Under the pieces are notes generated by a model. That model was not told the origin of the DNA and did no database searches. It saw only the letters and a program-made list of their open reading frames with translations. Below are positions 17,231 to 36,342 of a stretch of 64,000 nt of DNA, one piece after another. Numbering within the stretch: the first letter of the stretch is position 1; the number at the start of each line of letters is the position of its first letter. The DNA comes from the human T2T-CHM13v2.0 reference genome, Homo sapiens. The DNA lies in assembly GCF_009914755.1 (NCBI RefSeq), contig NC_060927.1. One strand, written 5' to 3'. A program made the translations under genes and the position numbers.

Positions 17231-17379
17231 TATGGCAACAATTTCTCCCATTGGTTTCTTACTATAAAAGCAATATATATTCATTATAGACAAATTCCTA
17301 TTTTTCATTTTTCCTTATCATACTCTGTAAAAATTCAAATAATACCAATGTGTATATTTGTATATAAAAGTATCATACA

Positions 17380-17734
<355 letters not shown>

Positions 17735-17845
17735 TTATATGTAAGTTTGCTATAGATTCTAAGTATATGAGATATTTGTAAATACACAGATATATTACAC
17801 ATGGGATATATTCTATAGCTTACTTTTTTTTTCCACTGAAGAATA

Positions 17846-18667
17846 CAGTTGACCCCTGAACAACATGGGTTTGAACTATATCCACTTGAATGCAATTTTC
17901 TTCTGCCTCTGCCACTCCTGAGATAGCAAAACCAACCTCTCCTCTTCCCTGTCCTCCTCAGTCTACTCAATGTGAAAATAAAAATGAAGACCTTTACGGT
18001 GATCCACTTCTACTTAACAAATATATCTTCTCTTCCTTATGATTTTCTTAATAACATTTTTTTCTCTAGTTTTATTGTATAATATTCTATAGTTTTATTT
18101 TAAGAATATAGCATATGTATTAGTCCATTCTCACACTGCTAATAAAGACATACCCAAGACTGGGTAATTTATAAAGGAAAGAGGTTTAATTCACTCATAG
18201 TTTCACAGGGCTGGGGAGGCCTCAGGAAATGTACAATCATGGTGGAAGGGGAAGCAAACACGTCCTTCTTCACATGGCAGTGGCAAGGAGAAGTGCAGAG
18301 TGAAGGGGGTAAGGCCTCTTATAAAACCATCAGATCTCATGAGAACTCACTATCATGAGAACAGCCTGGAGATAACTGTCCCCATGATTCAATTACCTTC
18401 CACCAGGTCCCTCCCATGACATGTGGGGATTATGGGAGCTACAGTTCAAGATGAGATGTGGATAGGGACACAGCCAAACTGTATCAGTGTATAATACATA
18501 AAACATACAAAATGTATGTTAATAAATAGTTTTATGTTATCAGTAAGGCTTCCAGTCAACAGTAGGCTATTAGTAGTTAGGTTTTTGGGTTGTCAAAAGT
18601 TACATGGAGGCTTTTTACCATGTTGGGGCTGACACACCTAACCCCCACATTGTTCAGGGGTCAGCTA
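17846..18667. mobile_element. Tigger2-derived MITE (Tigger2a/b-like), interrupted by a THE1 LTR
   Basis: Terminal inverted repeats CAGTTGACCCCTGAACAA ... TTGTTCAGGGGTCAGCTA, with TA on the left flank. Confidence 0.85.
18116..18486 (-). mobile_element. THE1 (THE1C/D-like) solo MaLR LTR
   Basis: TGTATTAGTCCATTCTCAC...CAGCCAAACTGTATCA; 5-bp TSD GCATA/GTGTA, consistent with CpG decay of GCGTA. Confidence 0.92.
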
Positions 18668-18799
18668 TGTATAAGAGACATATTACCACATTTTTAACAT
18701 ATTTAACATGTTTTAATTTAAACTGCAGTGTCTTGTTCTAAAAATACAAACCCTTAATATCATTAACAATGCTGAGGCAGAGAAACAGTGAAGTTCAGG

Positions 18800-19643
<844 letters not shown>

Positions 19644-20324
19644 CAGGTACCACCTAGTTACTGTGCAGCAGCCAGTCTGCACGAGGGCACTGGCTCCCAG
19701 GCCACAGCCAGCTGTTTCCTTCCCTTGGCACTTCAGAAAAGGGTCTAGGAAGGAGAAAATGGCATCCTTCTGAGAAACACATTTTAACATTTGAAAGCTG
19801 GGAGCAGCAGTGATGGTGTCTTATTTCAAGGACAGGGGAGCCAGAAGCTGGGTTACGACAAGTATATAAAAAAGCAAGCTATGGCCAGAGAGGAGAAACT
19901 TGGGGCAAGGGGCTTCAGGTGTCAAGTTTGGGCCCTCAGTTCCAGATGTACCTGGGACATAAAAATAGTTCTTGCCTAAATGAAGATATTCTCCTTTTCA
20001 CTTGGCTATGGTGAGTTAAGTTTCTAATATGAGCAGGTAAGAGTCCTAAGCAACAAAATGACTGGAAGTTGTTGTGTTTTTTAAATCTTTTAGATTAGCA
20101 GTCTCCAGTTGTCAAAATTCAAGTTACTTTCTTGACTCCATACATTTTCACTCCCTTTTCCCTTTCTTTCAATCTGTTTGTTCAGAGTCAGAAGTCTTAC
20201 AGCAGTCCCAGGTTACCTTCCTCTCTCTGCAGACAAGTACTTTCAATTCCTTTTTTAAAAAAATTCAGTTCACTGAGAGCTTTAAATAGTTTATTGTGTT
20301 GTTCAGATTTTTTTAATTTTTTAA

Positions 20325-20740
20325 TTTTTGTGGGTACATAATAGGTGTAAGGTGTATATATTTATAAGGTACATGAGATATTTTGGTGCAGGCATCTGAT
20401 GTATAATAATCACATCAGGGTAAATGGTATAGCCATCACCTCAAGCATTTATCCTTTGTGTTACAACTAATCTAATTATACTCTTAGTTCTTTTTAAATA
20501 TACAATTTAATTAGTACTGACTATAGTCACCCTGTTGTGCTAGCAAATACCAGATCTTATGCATTCCTTCTCTTTTTTTTGTACCTGTTAACCATCCCCA
20601 CTTTAGTCCTACCTCCCACTACCCTTCCCAGTCTCTGGGAATAAGATCATTCCATCCTATCTCCATGATTTCAATTGTTTTAATTTTTAGCTCCCAAAAA
20701 TAAGTGAGAACATGTGAAGTTTCACTTATTTTACTTATTT
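20325..20740 (-). mobile_element. L1MA 3' end fragment
   Basis: TTTTTGTGGGTACATAATAGGTGT...AATAAGTGAGAACATG. Confidence 0.85.
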
Positions 20741-21084
20741 TATTTACCTCCATCTCTTTAAATAACACATTTGCTCTGCTGCTTCAAGATTTTTTTAGTT
20801 TTAGGCATTATCTACTGACTTCCTACCATGGAATATGAAGACGAAGCTCTCTTTCCCCATCCCCACCTCATATGCATACTGTTTCCACCCCCACACCCCC
20901 ATATAGTTATCTCTTAATTTTGGTCAGATTGATATTCAGAGACTACATTGCTGTGACTGTATAAACACTATTCCCAAGTAAATAATGTAGAAAATAATGA
21001 TTATCCTTTCCTGGGCAACTTTCTGTTTTCCCTGGAATTAATAGTTTAGAAGACTCAATCCTCATTTAAATGATGTTTTGAGAA

Positions 21085-21514
21085 TGTGGAATGCTGAATA
21101 ATGCTCCCCCACCCCACCCAAAGACATCCACATCCTAATCCCTGGACCCTGTGAATATGATCTTACATGGGAAAAGGGACTTTGCAAATGTGATTAAGCT
21201 AAGAATCTTGAGATGGGGCATTTTCCTGTAATATCCAAGTGGGACCATTATAATCACAAGGATCCTCATCAGAGGGAGGCAGGAGACCAGGCTGAATACT
21301 ACAAGACGTATGACAGAAGCAAGAAGTTGAAGTGTTGCAAGGAAGGGACCAGAAGCCAAAGAATGCAGGGGGCCTCTGAGGCTATTCAGCTTGGTTTTCC
21401 AAGGCAAGGAAACAGAAGCCCCCAGAAGGAATGATGCCCTGACAATACCTTGACTTTGGACTTCTGACCTCCAGAAGCTTGTGTCTTTTCTAATATGTCA
21501 AAAGGAAACTAACA
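21085..21514 (+). mobile_element. MLT1 (MLT1D-like) MaLR LTR
   Basis: CCACATCCTAATCCCTGGACCCTGTGAATATG...AAAAGGGACTTTGCAAATGTGATTAAG; ends GGAAACTAACA. Confidence 0.8.
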
Positions 21515-21887
21515 TAAGGAAGTAGCGAACATAATTTCTTTAACCTAGTCTGTTGTCTTTACCAAGAAGTCTTCAGCCACTGTTCCTAGTAATGAGATGC
21601 ACTTCTGAGTCAGCATCAGGTGATGGACCGGGAACTTACAGAACCCAATTTGATACTGATAATATCAATAAATATAGGATGTCTCCAATATCTATCAAAT
21701 ACATTTATCAAATAAATATTAGAGACACCCTATATTTACCATATTGTTTTGTGGGAAAAATTTTATAAATCGGCTCATTTTTGGTCAAAATGGGATGAAA
21801 ACTATACTGTTTAAATTGTAACAGAGAAAACCCCCTGGACTGGGCGCCTGGAGATATACATCCTGGTCTCAGCACTACCACACCTGA

Positions 21888-22204
<317 letters not shown>

Positions 22205-22474
22205 CGAGTGACCTTTTTACGCAGGCTTAATTTCCTCATTTGAAGATGGAGAACGACCACCACGTGATATCTGAGGTTTCTTTCCACTCTGATACTTTAT
22301 GAGTCAGATTGTGGTAAATGAATATTATTTATCTCTAAACCTGTTAAAACTCTACATAAAATTATTTCCATAAATTTTCAATAAAGATGTATGATAACAA
22401 ACTATATCATTTATAAGTCAATATTCTAAAGCTAAAAATCAGACATTGGAATAACCTAATGTAAAGAAAAAGTA

Positions 22475-22670
22475 ATAACAGCAAATACCCACATGGTTCT
22501 TTCCATGTGCCAGGTATTATTCTAAGTGCTTTACCATATCTAAGGCATATCCCTTCAACAACTCCATTTCACAGATGACGAAACTGAGACTCAGGAGGTT
22601 AAGTAACTTTCCCAAGACCATGTGGCTCCATGGTCTGTGCTATTACCCATTTTGCAAGACTGCTTTCCTG
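22475..22670 (-). mobile_element. MIR
   Basis: MIR core CCATTTCACAGATGACGAAACTGAGACTCAGGAGGTTAAGTAAC. Confidence 0.8.
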
Positions 22671-23827
22671 TAACTAAAATGACAGAAAAGGGGAAAAGGA
22701 AGAAAATAAGATCATCTAGCAAGTTTAAAGTGGGAATGCAACAAACAAACAAAAAACCAACAACACCCAGGTATGTTTAAAAAGGTGTGATTGGGAACAG
22801 AAAAGAATAAGAAAGGAAAGCGGGAATGCTTCCCATAGGAAGTTGAATCTCTCCCCCAACTACAGAAATATAGAAGGCTAAAAAATAAGTAAATAAGAAG
22901 GGAGAGAAAATTGTTATGGCAGCAAGAAATTCTACCTTGAAAATAAATCTGCTTTGCTAAAATCTTATTTTGCAGAAGTTATTTGAGCATTTCTATACAG
23001 CAGGGCATCTATTATCCCATGACAATCTTTTACTTCAGTGGCATCTTTCTGCAATAGTTAATTAACAGCTGCCACTCAGAGTGAGTCCATTCTAGCTGAT
23101 GTTGCGGGAGGTGTAGAGCAGTATTCGATATTCAACACCAGTGCTGTCAAGTAAATGACAACAATCAGCAGGGAGCGCATTTCATTTTCAGTTTTCTGGT
23201 GGAGAAAATAAATATTAAGAAGAATTGACGTGCAGCTTTTACATATCAAATCTCTAAAAAATTTGAAGTCACACTGAAATCAATTCAAGTTATAAGGGGA
23301 CTTCTAAATGCTCACTTAAATATGAATGTAAAAAATGAAGCTGGCAGAAATAGCCATAAAGGAAAATAAATAAGGAAACCTGGTTAAATGCAAAATAACA
23401 TAATATTCATTCTTTACCTCCTTGCACTTGATCTCCGGATGGCTCTAAACATATCTGACCTTTTGGAAACTGCCGTTCCTTGGTTTGCTGGACACCTCAC
23501 TCTTCTGGGTTTCCTCCCTGAACATTCCTTTCCAGTTTCCTGGAGCTTTTTTCCCTTTACCCCACAATCAAGCATGTGCACGTATCTCATGAATATCAGT
23601 CTTCCTATTATACCATAAATTCCACAGGGGCAGGAATATAAAGGGCTAAAAAATAATTGCAGTAATTGGGCTATTACTGCATCACCTAGCCTTGCACAGC
23701 CCCTGGCTCATAGTAGGTATTCAAGAAACATGTGGAATAACTGACATTACAACATGACCAAAGAAGGCTTCATTCTAGAAATTTGTTGCCAATGAATCAT
23801 TAGAAAACCCATCAATGAACATTAAAG

Positions 23828-24287
23828 TGTGCAGAAATAAACAAAGGTAACCCAAATGAGAACAAGCAGAGGCTACTCAGAGCTTGCTATAGCAAGAGAA
23901 TTGGCCATCATTTACATTTGACGGAGACTCAAAGGCAGGCAGGGGAGTGGGAGAGTTTTATCACGAAAAGACTGAACGGTGTCAGGTATGCACTGACTGG
24001 ATGTTGTTGGCATGGGGAGGAAGCATGGAGGTAGATGGCCTAACTAGAAGTAGAGCAATTTGTGCTATTGGTTTGGGGAGCATTTTTTTTATTTCTATAG
24101 TTGGTCCTGAGTTGGAAGTATGGGCAAAAATCAGAGAAGCTAGTAGTTATTGACAAAGTCCTGACCAATTTGGGCCAATTTCTGCAGAGGTTGTGGTTTG
24201 GCCTTCTGGACTAACTGCAGAGGTTATTTTTCAGTGTTCTATTTTCATATACGATCTGGCCATTGACCATTTGTATACACAATCTCA
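23828..24287 (-). mobile_element. Old ERVL-type solo LTR (MER54/MER74/LTR53 group, subfamily uncertain)
   Basis: CAAGCAGAGGCTACTCAGAGCTTGCTATAGCAAG motif; sits between L1M fragments; ends in CA. Confidence 0.45.
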
Positions 24288-24289
24288 AG

Positions 24290-25480
24290 GGAAACACTAG
24301 AAGCATATCCATTAAAGTCAGGAAATAAGGATGCCTACTCTCCCAATTTTGTACTCAGATTTGGTTAGGTAATCTAGCCAAAGCAATAAAGAAAGGAAAT
24401 AAGCTGACAATACCCGAAACAAATCGTTAAAATTATCATCAATTATAGATAATGTGATTGAGAACCTAGGAGAAATGAAAAGAAACTCTTACTAATCAGT
24501 ACGTAGTTTCCTTTAATATCAACAATATCCAGAAAAAACATAATTTTAAAATCTCTTTCATAACTAAACTACAACTTAAGCTATTTCTTAGGAATCAATT
24601 TGATCAGAAATGTGAGACCTATGCAAATAATAATATAACACATTATGTAAAGATATAAAAGGAAAACTGAATAAATGGAAAGGTACAAGACCTTCAATTA
24701 AAAGTATCTGTGAAGATACAATCCAAATTGGCATATAATTAATATTGGTGATCAAAATCTTATTGGGATTTTTGAGGAACATAACAAAGTTATGTTTTAC
24801 AGTTGATTTTATAGTTCATTTGAAAAGATAAATGCATAAGAACGGTGGGATATTTTTGTAAAAAGAGAATTAAGTACTTGCCCTATCAAATATCAAAATA
24901 TATTCCAATACTACAATAATAAAAATGTTCTGATTCCAATACAGGAATTAAGAGCTATACCAATGGGACAAAACAGAGTCTAGACGTAGATAATAGGAAT
25001 GTGGTATATGGATATATGAATTCTTGTATAAACAGAGGTTTCAAATTCTATGAGGAATAAGTAATTATGGTATAACTACCTAACCATTAACAAAATTCAG
25101 GCTAAATCTCTACACTTCATATCATTCATAAAAACAAATCCCAGCCAGAATAAGGCTCTAAATATAAAAACAATCTCTCAAGTGTGAAAGGTTACCAGAA
25201 GGCATAACAGAAAACAATGATACATCTGACAATAAAAAAGTTTCTAATTGCTACATGACAAAAGACTAAATAAAGTTAACATATATTTTTAACAAAAGTT
25301 ATATAACATGTGTAAATATCCCTAATACAAAAATTATTTTGCTAGTGATTCTTACAAATCACTAAGAAAAAGACAAATACCCCAGTTACCCATGAGCAAA
25401 GAATAAAGGACAGCTATTTACCAAAGAAATACAAATGATCAATGATTCTATGAAGAGTGCTCAACTTAACAAAGACAACT
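24290..25480 (+). mobile_element. Old L1ME-like ORF2 fragments
   Basis: Degenerate ORF2 motifs, e.g. CCATTAAAGTCAGGAAATAAGGATGCCTACTCTC. Confidence 0.6.
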
Positions 25481-28429
25481 ACTTGGAAGGGGAAGGAAAC
25501 AATGAGATTGGAAACCATTATAAAAGATGAAGTAGAAATACATGCAAGGCATAGAATTACATCTATGACATAAAATATGGACAACCGAGTTAGAGAACAA
25601 TACATAGAGAATAATGCAAGTTTAGTTTCTAGCATATATATTACAGATATTTGAGAGTAACTTTTTAATGGAATACTTCCTATTTTTCAAGCATCATGCT
25701 ATTTTACACACAGTATGTTTACACATATTACCTCATCCTCTACGACCACTCAGTTATTATTCCCATCCCTCTGCATAGGAAAAAGTGGAGACGGTCCAGA
25801 GAGTTGGAAATTAGGCATGAACCCAGGAAAGCTAACTCCAGACCTGGATTCTTCCTCATTACCTAGTTGTGCTTGGTAAGCTCTACACACACACATAACC
25901 CAGATCATCTCTGGGAATCAGTTTACTTTTAACTTCATACGCTTCTGCATTAGTTGAATTTTTATCATGAATATGCATTACTTTTGTGACTGGAAAAGAT
26001 ACAGATATTTAACATCTTGCAAAGAATTAAAAAGAAGTAGGATTGACAGTACTTCAAGCATTTTAAATTGTGGCCTGAAACTTACCAATGTGCTAACAGT
26101 GAGTAAGGCTCCTATACAGGGTTCAGTTTGCACCTCTGTAACACCAAGTGAAACTCTTGCTACATTCTGACACTTTTGTAAGGTTTGTTCCACTTTGAAG
26201 AAAGTTTCAAGTGTCTTAGCTATGAGAAAGCTTGATACTGAGAAAAGTACCACTTGGCCACTTGTGGGACATTAAAGTGCTGGCTTTGCTTGCCTAAATG
26301 GGATGACTTTGGCACAGGGGCATGATGTGAAAATCAAGGATATAAAAAATAGAGCTGAGAAAATGACACACTCCAGCCATCCTTCCTGCAGGTCTCGGAG
26401 TAAGAGAAACTCCTTCCTTCTCAGGAGCCCCTCTTGGTGAGCACCCCTCCCACTGAGGCTCTATCTCAGCCCCCTTCTGCCTCCTCCAAACCCCCAACCC
26501 CTGACCCTCAGTTTATCCACTTTCATGTAAGTTTCCTTCAACTCTCCCTTTCATCTGTCTTTTCTCAAATATGCCAATTTCTCAATTCCTAAGGAAACCT
26601 TCAACTAGTGCTCCCTGAAAATGCCATCCTATCCTTCTTTTACTGACGACATAGGCATGTTTTCTATTTTTCTTACTAAAGTCATGATTAGAATTTTCAA
26701 AAGATACTTTACTGACAAACACTTCAGCATTAGATCATCTATTCTCTGCACTGGCTTATTTCTCACTGCCCTGCTGGATTTCCAGTTGCTCATCACTAGC
26801 TGACTTGTAATATAATCCTTTATCAGGTACAGTGGGATGGTAATGAGGTCCTCAGAAGACTGAAAGTATTCATTAGAGGGCAGCGTGTGATGTAACTCAC
26901 TCTTTCATTCTCTTGCTTGGCCCCATGCCTCACAATCCTCATGTAAGGAAGCCAAATCCTACTAACAGTGCAATGAACCAAGGTGCAACACCATCCCCCT
27001 TCCTGGCACAATCTTTTCTCCCCATGACCCCCCACCTCAGTAGGATTAGATGCTTTCTCCCTAAGCTTCATCTGTCCAGGCACTATCTGCAAAGTCCTTT
27101 CCTGTATAGGAAATGTAGCTGCTTTGCAATTTTTTCAAGGAAGTCAGCACTAACACACTCTAAGATCTAGTAAATACGAGTTCTCCTGTGGACTCAAATC
27201 ATCCCACTCCAGGAAAACTGCCCCTCAGATGTCACCTCCTACCAGTCTCGGCTAGTAAAAGTCTAGTTACTAGATTTTAAACATCATAAAGCCTAAAACA
27301 TTAATATTAATACACACAGGGTATGACTAGGATTAGTCTCACATAGGAATCTTTTTCTTTCCCAACTTTATTTATTTACCTGATTCAGAGGACAGGACTC
27401 CCAAACTGACATCTTCAGCAACAGTCAAAAGGCATAATGACTTTTTCTGTCCCTATGATTTGAAACCTTGGTGGCAATGCTATCTTCACCCACTCAACCC
27501 ATAGCTGTTACTCAGTCCTGACTGTGCCCCTTTTGCTGTGTCTCTGAAATGATTCTGTATATTACAGTTCCTTTCTTGATCCAGTTCTGGTGTTCATCAC
27601 TATATATGTAGCTGGTTTAGCTTTCTAACAGTTCTCTCTGCCTCTGATCTCCATCACATGATTGGGGCAGCTAATCATGCTTAACATCATTGACATAATG
27701 TTCCTCCACTGATAAGGGAGCCTGAGCATCACGCCATCACTTACCTGACCCAGTCTGAGTTCAGCCCAGCATTCAAGTTCCTCCACACTCCAGCTCCAGC
27801 ACAGACCCACACTTCCAGCCAGAATGTATGTTCATAGCTGACTGTGGTCTCATCATTCGCTCCTGCCTCTGGGCTCTGTTCCCACTGTTCTTTTCAACTG
27901 AAGTGCTCTTGCCTTCTTACATTACTGACAGCCTCTGCTTCCCTCAAGGTACACATTCCTCCACTCACTACTTTCTTCTTTCAGTGCTTCTGTTCATACC
28001 ATTCAATTTTGCAATATCATCATATACTGCTTTTTATCCTTTCACATAAAATGTTTTTCCCCAACTAGACTGCAAGCTCCTCAAAGAATGGAACTCTATT
28101 CGAAGGCAAAACACATTTTTAAAATATTGAATATATATTTGAACCGAGCAAGATGCTTCTTGAGAGTTTTCTACAATGTCTACCATGGTTTGGGAATATT
28201 AAAGGTATTCATTGAATACTTTTTGAATGAATCAATCAACAAGTAAATTAACTGGGATAAGAGAGACTATAAGATAACACTACTGGTGCTTAAGGACATG
28301 GACTACATCTTCTAAATCATTATACACAGAAACGCTCTCAGTAGCTGACACCAATCAGTGCTCAATAAATGTCTGTGTAAGGAAAACAGACAAAGATGGA
28401 ACAGCATTTAGGTGAAAGTCACAAAAATC

Positions 28430-29132
28430 ACAGAATTTGTTGCAAAAAGAAAAAGAGTAATAACCATAAAAGATGGAATACAAGATCCCATTAACAATAG
28501 CAACGAAAAGATGAGATCACTGAGAACACATTTAACAAGAACTGTCCAAGGTCTATGTGAATAAATACTTAAAACACTATTGAGGGACACAGAGGCAGAC
28601 GGCCTTAAACAAATAAAGAGCCCTACCATATTTTTGAATAGGAAAGCTCAATTTCTAAAACATGTCAATTCTTCCTAAATTAATCTATTAATTCAAAGTA
28701 ATTGCCATAAAATAAATAGTCAACATGTTATTCAATCTATAAAAGCTATTACAAAGTTGTTTTGGAAAAAATAAAAAATAAAATACAACAGTAAGAAAAC
28801 TGCCAAAGAAGGTAAAGTAACTAGAAGCAAAAATGACCACGACCATATATCTAAATATGTAACAATACTACAAAAATTAAAAGAGTTTGGCACTGGAACA
28901 TAAGTAGAAAAATGAAAGGGCAAAAGAGGACTAAAATCTACACAAAAATATATAGAAATTAGGTACAAAAATATGGCATTTCAGATCAGTGGAGAAAAGA
29001 TGAAATATTCAGTTAACAGCATCATTACTAATGAGTAGCCACAAAATAAATCCTACTCCCACAACTTATAACACGGTACATTCCAGGTGGCCCAATGATT
29101 TAATAATCAAACTGAATCCATAAAATTAATAG
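28430..29132 (+). mobile_element. Old L1ME-like fragment that hosts the L1PA insertion; resumes at about 33370-33720
   Basis: Degenerate ORF2 sequence collinear across the L1PA insertion. Confidence 0.6.
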
Positions 29133-29149
29133 GAAAAAAAAGAATTTTT

Positions 29150-33381
<4,232 letters not shown>

Positions 33382-35187
33382 TGAGAAAGCATCCATAATA
33401 TAACACAAAAGCCAGAAGCCATAAAAGATTTATAGATAATACTTAATAAAATATTGTATTTCTGTAGTGAAATACAACATTAACAAAATCAAAAGTCAAA
33501 CAATAAAGTAGTATTTGTAAAACGTATCAAATTTGTAAACATATTAAATAAGAGAAAAAGAGGTCAATTTTCACCTATTTGTAAAAAATACTGACAAACC
33601 AACAAGAAAACACTAAAAAGAGTAGAATGAACAAAGAGAAGGAAATATAAGTCACTCTTAAATAAATGAATAAATGCTCATCATAAGTAAACTTCAAACT
33701 GGAAACACAATAAGGAAGACTGCGATATACAACGATTATGGTACAACTAGTACCAAACTAGTCCTTCTATCATAAACATTAAGCCTAGACAAAATATATC
33801 AGGCAACTGTTTTTCAAATGTCAGACAAAAAGCAATATAAGACTCTGACTCCTGAGAGAGGAAAAACACATACAATGAATGAGCCCCATAACCACCCCAG
33901 CATTTTGTCTGGAGGAATTTTCTAGACTAAGGTACATGGTGACAGGGTCCAAGTAGAAGTGGGCAGTCTTACTTTGCTGATGAGAAGTAAGAGCTTGAAG
34001 TTGGAGTTTGCTGAGGGAGCGACAGTTTTCCTGGTAGAGTAATAAAGAAAATGGAGCTGCTCAGAAAGGACATCAGAAATCTGCATAGTGCTGCCCTAGT
34101 CTTTGGCTTTAAGATGAGACTCCAGGAAGCATGATCGAGAACAGCCACCTGCAAGCTGTTGAGTTGAACAGAGATACTTAAGATTGCACAGATCTGGCAG
34201 TCAAGGAGTTCCGACAATCCAGAGAGAAAAGATCTCCCTAACTACTCTAGGTATTCAACTGAGATCTAAGAAAAGCAACACCTTACTAATAGACCCACGA
34301 TTAGAAAAACAAAAAATAAGCCTTGAATAAATCTAGCTGAACCACCAGTAAATTAAGTAACACCCAGAAAAAAACTCAACCTTCTCTAAAGGAAGACAAC
34401 AAAATTCAGATTCACAATACAGCCTCCAGAACTGCCACCATGCAATCAAAAATTATTATGTATGCAAAGCAGCAGGGAAATGTAACCCATAACCAAAAAA
34501 AAAAAAAGATATTAAATAGAGACACTAAGATGATACAGGTTTTAAAGCAGCTAATGATAATATGTTGAAAGACATAAAAAGAAAATATGGTTATAATGAA
34601 TTAACAGATCTGAACTCTTTAGGAAATAGAAAACATAAACCAAATGGAAATTTTGAAATGAAAACATGTATTATCTGAAATGAAGCATTCACTTGTTGGG
34701 ATGAAGAGCAGACTAGAAATGGCAGGAAAAAAAGGTGAGTAAACCTGAAAACAGATCTATAGAAATTGCTCAACTTGAAGAAAAGAGAAGAAACATTTGA
34801 TTTTTTAAAAACAGAGATTCAATCTGCTGAACTACACCAAATAGACTAATGTATATAATATACATATATCTATATACATAATAATTGGGGTTCAAGAGGA
34901 AAAAGAAAGAATGGAAGAAAAAATATTTTTAAGAAATAATAGCTCATAGTTTGCCAAATTTGGCAAAACAAAATATATTCTTGCAAATTCAAGGAGCTCA
35001 GCAAACCCCAAATAAGAAAATTATAAATATGACCACACCTAGGCAAGTTAAAAGTCAATTTTCTGAAAACCAAATATACTGTACCACAAATAAGGACATT
35101 CCATATTGATGATATAAGGGTCATCAAGAATACCTAACATCTTAAATATAAAGGAATTGAATAACAGAGCTTCAAAATACATAAAGC

Positions 35188-35349
35188 AGCTGAGTGCAGT
35201 AATACATGCCTGTAGTCTCACCTACTCACGAGGTTGAGGTGGGAGGACTGCCTGAGGTCAGGAGTTCAAGACTGTAGTGTGCTATAATCATGCCTATAAA
35301 TAGCCACTGCACTTCAGCCTGGGCAACATAGACTCCATCTCTAAAAAAA
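35188..35349 (+). mobile_element. FAM (fossil Alu monomer)
   Basis: Monomer retaining the 7SL-like segment GTGTGCTATAATCATGCCTATAAATAGCCACTGCAC. Confidence 0.8.
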
Positions 35350-35986
35350 TAATAATATGTAAAGCAACAACTGATATAACTAATTAGATAGAAAAACCCA
35401 TCATAACTGGAGATTTTAATACTTCTCTCAGAGACAGAAACATTGAAAAAAGAGCATATAGAAAATCAGCTATAGAAAATCTGAATAGCGTTATCAAATA
35501 TCTTGATGTCAATGATTTTTATAGACTCCTATAGCCACAACTCCAGAATACACACTCTTTCCAAGTATACATGAAACCTTCTTTAAGAAAAACTAAATGC
35601 CGGGCCAAAATAATAAGTTTAGGAATTTTCAAAAAACTGAAATGTTTGAGTGTGTTCATTCAACATAACTGAAAATAAATTAGAAATCAGTAACAATAAA
35701 GTATCTAGAAAATCCTCAAATGTTTGGGAATTAAGGAACATGTTTCTAAAACACTCATGGGTCAAAGAAAATAATCACAAGGGAAATTAGAAAACATTTC
35801 AAAATGAATGATAATGAAAACACAATGGAGCTTAAAAAGAGTTGGGTAGCTTAAATACTGGAAATGAAGAAAGCTTTAAAACCAATTCTATAAATTCTCA
35901 CCTTAGGACTCCGGGGAAAAAGAACCAATTAAACCCAAAGTAAATAGAAGATATGAATTAATAAAGCTAAGAACAGAAATCAATGA

Positions 35987-36342
<356 letters not shown>

